In this document: piece after piece, positions 24,488-29,092 of the stretch | How positions within the stretch are numbered: position 1 is the first letter of the stretch | How the letters are laid out: each line of letters begins with the position of its first letter | Virus record (IMG/VR): IMGVR_UViG_3300011187_000042 | Span: 1 to 29,092 of that record | Source of the DNA: a virus | Lineage: Duplodnaviria; Caudoviricetes | DNA length: 29,092 nucleotides | Direction: 5' to 3' (one strand) | Program-made: the position numbers and the translations under genes | Notes under the pieces: generated by a model | What the model saw: the letters and a program-made list of their open reading frames with translations, nothing else | Databases searched by the model: none | What the model was told of the DNA's origin: nothing

Positions 24488-25630
24488 CTATTCTTTTTCG
24501 GTTTCTTCTTCGGACTCATCGTTTTCTTCGTCATCTTCTGGTTTTAACAATGCGTCATGCTCTTTGGCGAATTTAATAATCAACTCATCATCTAGCATTT
24601 CTTCGATCGCTTTTCTGAAATCTTTATCTTTATTTAACATAGGAAGAAAATCTTTGCTGAAACGATTTTTGGTCCAATCGCCGTTACCGGTGAGGTCAAT
24701 CTGAAAATATGCGCCGTTCTGTTTATAGCGATCGCTATCTTTGATAACTTCGAACCACGACTCTTTATCAGCAATTCGAGGTGGATATGTCCAGATAATA
24801 TCAAACTTGCATTTGCGTCTTTCTGTTCCAAAGCGAGATTTTTTGATTTCCGCCTTAACCTCACCACCCTCCCTGTTCCCATGCTCATCTTCAAGGTAAG
24901 CACTGTTTGACGTTCGTCTAGTCAACCATACTTCAAGAGAATATGCGTATTTCGGACTTTTGCCGCCGGGAGTTGTATAAGGATTCACCATCTTTTCGAT
25001 TCTGTCAGATGTGATATTCTCTTTCAATTGGTTGAGAATCAAAAGAGCACATTCTTTGTCAGCAATAGGAATCAAAAGCTTTTTCAGTCCCTTGGATAAG
25101 ATACGCGCCATTTCTGCGATGTCACTACGAGGATTGAAATCATCTTCTAATTCGTTGTTCGTGGCAGTCAATGCCAGCGAATCCCAGACAAATAATACTC
25201 TGTTATCTGTAATATTTAAAATGTTTTGAATTTGTTCCAAAATAAATTCTACTGATTTACCTTGGACGTATAGAAAGTTTTTCAAGTCTACGCCACAATC
25301 TGCCAAGAATTCTGGAGATATCGCAGATTCCGAATCAAAGTATACAACTGTTATGCCCATCTTTTGAGCGTTTGCAGCAATTTGAGTGGCGAGGTAACTT
25401 TTGCCTGTAGATTGAAGGCCAGCGATACCGGTAACTTTGCAGCCGGGAATTCCGGCTCGCTGGCCTTTACAAGTAATTGAGTCTAATACTCTTGACCCGG
25501 TTGGGATCCAATATTTCACTTCGGTCGGATTTTCTTTTCGCAAATCAAAAGCAACATTCGAACCTGCCGCTTTGTTTACCAAATTCCTCATTTGGCTCGT
25601 TGTTAGTTTTGACTTCTTTTTCTTTGCCAT
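24488..25630 (-). CDS. recA: RecA/UvsX-like recombinase
   Basis: IPTGS..LD, Walker A GLQSTGKS, YFDSESA, VWDSL, ILNQL, TPGG; acidic tail. Confidence 0.95.
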   Translation of the reverse strand: MAKKKKSKLTTSQMRNLVNKAAGSNVAFDLRKENPTEVKYWIPTGSRVLDSITCKGQRAGIPGCKVTGIAGLQSTGKSYLATQIAANAQKMGITVVYFDSESAISPEFLADCGVDLKNFLYVQGKSVEFILEQIQNILNITDNRVLFVWDSLALTATNNELEDDFNPRSDIAEMARILSKGLKKLLIPIADKECALLILNQLKENITSDRIEKMVNPYTTPGGKSPKYAYSLEVWLTRRTSNSAYLEDEHGNREGGEVKAEIKKSRFGTERRKCKFDIIWTYPPRIADKESWFEVIKDSDRYKQNGAYFQIDLTGNGDWTKNRFSKDFLPMLNKDKDFRKAIEEMLDDELIIKFAKEHDALLKPEDDEENDESEEETEKE

Positions 25631-25680
25631 TAGATATACCGATCCTGTAAATTAAATAAAATATTGAATTGTTCGGGGTT

Positions 25681-26472
25681 CTAGTCGCTAGCTTGAAGCT
25701 TCGCGAACGCGGCGGTCACATCGTTTTCTTCCGCTGCATACTTCGCAGTACCGGCATCATCTGATGCGGCTCCGAATACAGAATCCAAATCAGCACGGAT
25801 GGCTTCAATATCCGGCAATTCGAATACATCTTCTGGACCGGTGATTTCAGCGCGGAGTTCTTCGACGGTCTCGTCATTAACCGGACCTTCCGAGAATAAC
25901 GGTGAAGTTTTCACGCGACGGTTAATCGTTGTGCTCGCTGAACGGCGGTCATTTGGATTAGCCAGTGAGTAGGAAACCTTCAAATCAAAACCTTTCTTCG
26001 GATCGAACATATCCTTGCTTTCATCATCCAGAGCGATCGACAAGATCTGCTCCAGAGCGCGAACGCCACATGAGTAAAGTTTTGGACCTTCGTCTTCCAA
26101 ATCACGAACCAAAACAGGTAGGTAATAACGCTTTGACGAGAACAGTTCTTTCGCTGTTTCTTTCAAAGAATCATCTGGATTTCCTGCTTGCTCAGTTGCA
26201 ACATACTGATTCCAGATTTCTGATGCCAAATCGCACACCGGACACTCTTTACCATACGACTTCTTGGCGCAAAGGTAGCGGTTTCCGTTGACATTGTAGT
26301 GCCAATGAAATTCACGTGAGAACTGATCATCATCATAAAGCAACACGCGTATATCATGGTCACCGGGTGTCAGCTTCCAGAAGACACTCGGACCACCACT
26401 TGAATTGATGCTACGATTGTCTTTCAGTGCAGCCAGTTGCTCTTTCATTTTTTCTAAATTGGGAGATGCCAT
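25681..26472 (-). CDS. single-stranded DNA-binding protein, T4 gp32-like
   Basis: FWKL..G...IRVL, HWHY, YLC...ECPVCD Zn ligands, FDPKKGFDL, acidic C-terminus ending in AFAKL; position beside recA. Confidence 0.85.
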   Translation of the reverse strand: MASPNLEKMKEQLAALKDNRSINSSGGPSVFWKLTPGDHDIRVLLYDDDQFSREFHWHYNVNGNRYLCAKKSYGKECPVCDLASEIWNQYVATEQAGNPDDSLKETAKELFSSKRYYLPVLVRDLEDEGPKLYSCGVRALEQILSIALDDESKDMFDPKKGFDLKVSYSLANPNDRRSASTTINRRVKTSPLFSEGPVNDETVEELRAEITGPEDVFELPDIEAIRADLDSVFGAASDDAGTAKYAAEENDVTAAFAKLQASD

Positions 26473-26493
26473 AATTTGTTCCTCTCTGTTTGT

Positions 26494-27393
26494 CTATTGT
26501 GTTTTGTGTTTTGTGTCTTGAACCTTTGAGGTGTGAAGCCATACTAGCACGGTTACATCGTCCTGTTCAGCATCATTCTCAAAAACTCCATAGCTTATCG
26601 TCTTGTACTGTTCTTCTCTTTTTTCTACTGTTTCCAAAATTGTTGTCATTAGGTTAACGTCATTATCTATTTTCTCCTTGGGAACGAAAAAGTTATACTG
26701 GATTTCCAGTGGATATACAATTTCCTTGTCATCGCTTTGCCACTTTAAATCATAAAATAGGTTTATATCCTCCTCTAATAGTCCATAACCTACACATCCT
26801 ATTCTAGTGGTTTCTAAGAATTCTCCTTTGTTGCCAAAAATGGGTTTATTCTTAGTACAATAATTGAGCATGTGAACTGTTCTACAAATATGATCATTAA
26901 TCTTGTTGTAGTAATTGGAAATTGCAACATTTCCAATCATTTTGCCAAGAATGTTGTTATCAAATATTAGTATATTCTTTAACAGACCTGAACGTGCATA
27001 TTCTTGTAATACACCAAACGTAACTCTGTTCTGAAGTTTCTCAATATGTGATAAAAATTTATAATCTGGCATTATAAAAAATACTTCTATTTCACAGCCA
27101 ACACTATTTAAATGTTGCAAAACCTGTAATACAACGCCAGATACATCACTTGCACCACAGACAAAAAGCTGTATTTCTTTCGAATCGCCTTCAAGGCCGG
27201 CCCAGTCATAATCAAGTTGATCGTATGCCTCATGATAAGGTTTTTCCGTTGGTTTTTGAATCACTGTTCCTTTGTCAAAATCGTGATGTTCCTCATCAAC
27301 ATACGTCAAATCATACACATCATAATGGTCAAATTGTTTAACAATATTCGCTCCTGCGGAGCCGATACCGATTAATCTCATTGTATCAGACAT
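26494..27393 (-). CDS. divergent tubulin/FtsZ-fold protein
   Basis: LIGIGSAGANIV (T1 loop), FVCGASDVSG (degenerate T4 loop), FFIMP, LIFDNNIL, YNKINDHI. Confidence 0.75.
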   Translation of the reverse strand: MSDTMRLIGIGSAGANIVKQFDHYDVYDLTYVDEEHHDFDKGTVIQKPTEKPYHEAYDQLDYDWAGLEGDSKEIQLFVCGASDVSGVVLQVLQHLNSVGCEIEVFFIMPDYKFLSHIEKLQNRVTFGVLQEYARSGLLKNILIFDNNILGKMIGNVAISNYYNKINDHICRTVHMLNYCTKNKPIFGNKGEFLETTRIGCVGYGLLEEDINLFYDLKWQSDDKEIVYPLEIQYNFFVPKEKIDNDVNLMTTILETVEKREEQYKTISYGVFENDAEQDDVTVLVWLHTSKVQDTKHKTQ

Positions 27394-28553
27394 TATGATA
27401 TCTCATATAAATTTCCGTAATCTTTGCCAACTGAAACTGATGTATTGTGAAAATAGCCAATTTTTGAATCAGACATCATTTCCTTAATCTCTTCAACTTT
27501 TGGTACATCGTCATTGTGCATGTCAATAACCACGCTGTCGTGCATCATGCATGTTATATGCGATTTAGAATCATGAAGAAAATCGTCTATCTCACAAGCA
27601 GCGTTTAACACTACATCGTTAGAAGTGCTTTGAACCAGATAGCTCAGAGCATGATATTCGTCCGACTCGATAACTCTATTGTACGGCGTCTTGACCGATC
27701 CGTTCATTAGAAAATTTCGAAGTAGCACGGTCTTATCATAATACTGTTCTAAGGCTGCATCTTCCTTGATTGGATTGTAAAACCATGCAAAAAACCTTTC
27801 TTTCGCTTCTGATCTGTCCATGTCTTCTTTGAAGATGTTTTGTTTATTCCACTCATGAATATCAGTTTTTGGCTGCTCTTTTCCCAATAACGATATAAAC
27901 GTTCTAATATCAGCCGCGTTTAAATCAAATTCAACAAAGAAATGATTTTGAGGCTTCAAAATGCTTCTAAAGTTTTTCTCTATATTTAAAATTGGAAACG
28001 AATGCTTCTTGGTTGTTAACCGGCCGGTCACGGTTCCAAAAAGATTGTAGTCTATGTAACTTGTTAACTCTTTTTTGTGTCTGGCTTTGTATAAAAAACT
28101 TGTTCTTTTGTCTGTGTTTAATGTCTGTTTTGATATCTTGTCTAGAAGCTGTGCGTACCTATATAAATAGTCATAATTGGATGGTTTTGGCACATTTTTT
28201 ATCACATATTTTGTGGCTTCATTCTTGTAAAAATTGTATCGTAAAAGGAACGATTTTGGCACCAAATCATAGAAGCAATGCTCATTCAAATCGATCTTCG
28301 CATTTTGAAAACTTTTGAGGAAGGCTGTTTTTTGTTCCTTTAATTCAAGCCAAGCGTTCTTATGTTTTTGTGGAATAGTTTCACTGACTGACTTTCCTTT
28401 CACGTATAGAGAGGCGCATTCTGCGGGGTATAAGGGATGATAATTCCACGTATATTTCAAGGTTTGTGGATCAACGTTTTCAGTCAACAATCGATTGTCT
28501 TGGTATACTCCGTAGCAATCGCGATTGTTGTCCAAGATTTGAAAATAACTCAT
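27393..28553 (-). CDS. short family A DNA polymerase (polymerase domain, no recognisable exonuclease)
   Basis: TVTGRLT, motif A EFDLNAADIR, DIH, motif B RSEAKERFFAWFY, TPYNR, VQSTSND, motif C MHDSV; ATG 28553 with GAGGT RBS. Confidence 0.85.
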   Translation of the reverse strand: MSYFQILDNNRDCYGVYQDNRLLTENVDPQTLKYTWNYHPLYPAECASLYVKGKSVSETIPQKHKNAWLELKEQKTAFLKSFQNAKIDLNEHCFYDLVPKSFLLRYNFYKNEATKYVIKNVPKPSNYDYLYRYAQLLDKISKQTLNTDKRTSFLYKARHKKELTSYIDYNLFGTVTGRLTTKKHSFPILNIEKNFRSILKPQNHFFVEFDLNAADIRTFISLLGKEQPKTDIHEWNKQNIFKEDMDRSEAKERFFAWFYNPIKEDAALEQYYDKTVLLRNFLMNGSVKTPYNRVIESDEYHALSYLVQSTSNDVVLNAACEIDDFLHDSKSHITCMMHDSVVIDMHNDDVPKVEEIKEMMSDSKIGYFHNTSVSVGKDYGNLYEIS

Positions 28554-28575
28554 CGGCACCTCACCACTGGTAAAC

Positions 28576-28604
28576 ATCATACACCGAGTGTAGAGAGGCG
28601 TTAA
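28576..28604 (-). promoter_or_regulatory. sigma-70-like promoter heading the replication operon
   Basis: TTAACG-N17-TATGAT between the virion gene stop and the polA-like start. Confidence 0.55.
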
Positions 28605-28621
28605 CAAGTTTCTGAGAATCG

Positions 28622-29092
28622 TTATGTGCCCCACTTGTTATCTAGATATCGATACAAATCGGCACGTTCTGTTGAGGTTAAAGTTCCTTGAATAATTAAT
28701 TGCTCTCCAATATAACCTCCGAACGGGACGTTTCCGAAGATTTCGAAGCCGTTCCCGATGGCGATGCGCTCGTTCGCGTCCATTCCGCCTGCGCCCACGG
28801 TAAGAGAATCTGCTGTGGCGTTATCAGCGCGAATCTCATCGCCGCCAGAATTATCTACCAGCACCTCACATTTCCAAGATGCTGTTGAAGGATAGCTTGT
28901 TACTGTGTCTACGGAGCCGCCAGCAGAGACGCGTATACTCCCAGATGATTGAGAGCCGCCCGAATCTCCGTTAACAATTGTATATCCACTACGATTAGTA
29001 TTGTCAAAGATTGTCCCGGCAGAACCATCACTCTCTAATACAGTAATTACAGTATGTGGGTCAGTAACTGCGACGAACGTCCCGGCCGTGGA
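28622..29092 (-). CDS. C-terminal part of a virion/tail protein with LamG/ConA-like domain (runs off window)
   Basis: Frame open from 29092 (STAGTFVAVTDPHTVITV...) into the tracked 80-aa ORF; ends FGGYIGEQLII...LTSTERADLYRYLDNKWG. Confidence 0.7.
   Translation of the reverse strand, partial: STAGTFVAVTDPHTVITVLESDGSAGTIFDNTNRSGYTIVNGDSGGSQSSGSIRVSAGGSVDTVTSYPSTASWKCEVLVDNSGGDEIRADNATADSLTVGAGGMDANERIAIGNGFEIFGNVPFGGYIGEQLIIQGTLTSTERADLYRYLDNKWGT

Noticed and set aside
28162-28169. T4-type late promoter TATAAATA
   Set aside because: On the plus strand inside the polA-like gene, antisense to all genes; likely chance
28622-28864. 80-aa ORF as a complete gene
   Set aside because: The frame is open to the window end, so the tracked start is internal to a longer gene
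495-28888. Numerous plus-strand ORFs of 60-190 aa in the track
   Set aside because: All lie antisense to well-supported minus-strand genes and show no recognisable motifs; treated as shadow ORFs
1-29092. Stop-codon reassignment as an explanation for the many short ORFs
   Set aside because: Long conserved genes are intact in the standard code and end at TAA, TAG (recA, SSB, tubulin-like) and TGA (nrdJ) at sensible positions; the short ORFs switch frame via overlaps rather than reading through
1-29092. tRNA, rRNA or structured ncRNA genes
   Set aside because: Intergenic gaps are very short and no cloverleaf or other recognisable RNA was seen by eye

Overview
A densely coding segment of a large tailed-phage genome (jumbo/huge-phage-like), with all credible genes on the minus strand in the standard code. 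Read right to left, it starts with the end of a LamG-like virion protein. A replication/recombination/nucleotide module follows: short PolA-family polymerase, divergent tubulin/FtsZ-fold protein, gp32-like SSB, RecA/UvsX, 5'-3' exonuclease, DnaB-like helicase, class II RNR, GapR/DsbA-like protein, GroES-like protein, two degenerate Rossmann-type proteins, DnaE, dUTPase, GuaB/GuaC-like enzyme, an RHH protein and a stand-alone sigma-70 region 4 protein. Next come a probable late/head and lysis block (Asp/Met-rich protein, amidase endolysin, 603-aa LxE-rich protein, GroEL, single-TM protein), then a Nudix hydrolase and a stand-alone LeuA/CimA-type regulatory domain. The most striking unexplained signal is a dispersed family of about a dozen very divergent small ORFs. 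They share R-[HYN]-C-x-[FLI] and/or hydrophobic-x-F-[FYH]-[ST] motifs and sit in translationally coupled chains between core genes. The two members directly upstream of dnaE and dnaB are each interrupted by a poly-T run plus TAA, one base short of frame. All calls are from motif recognition by eye; no searches were run.
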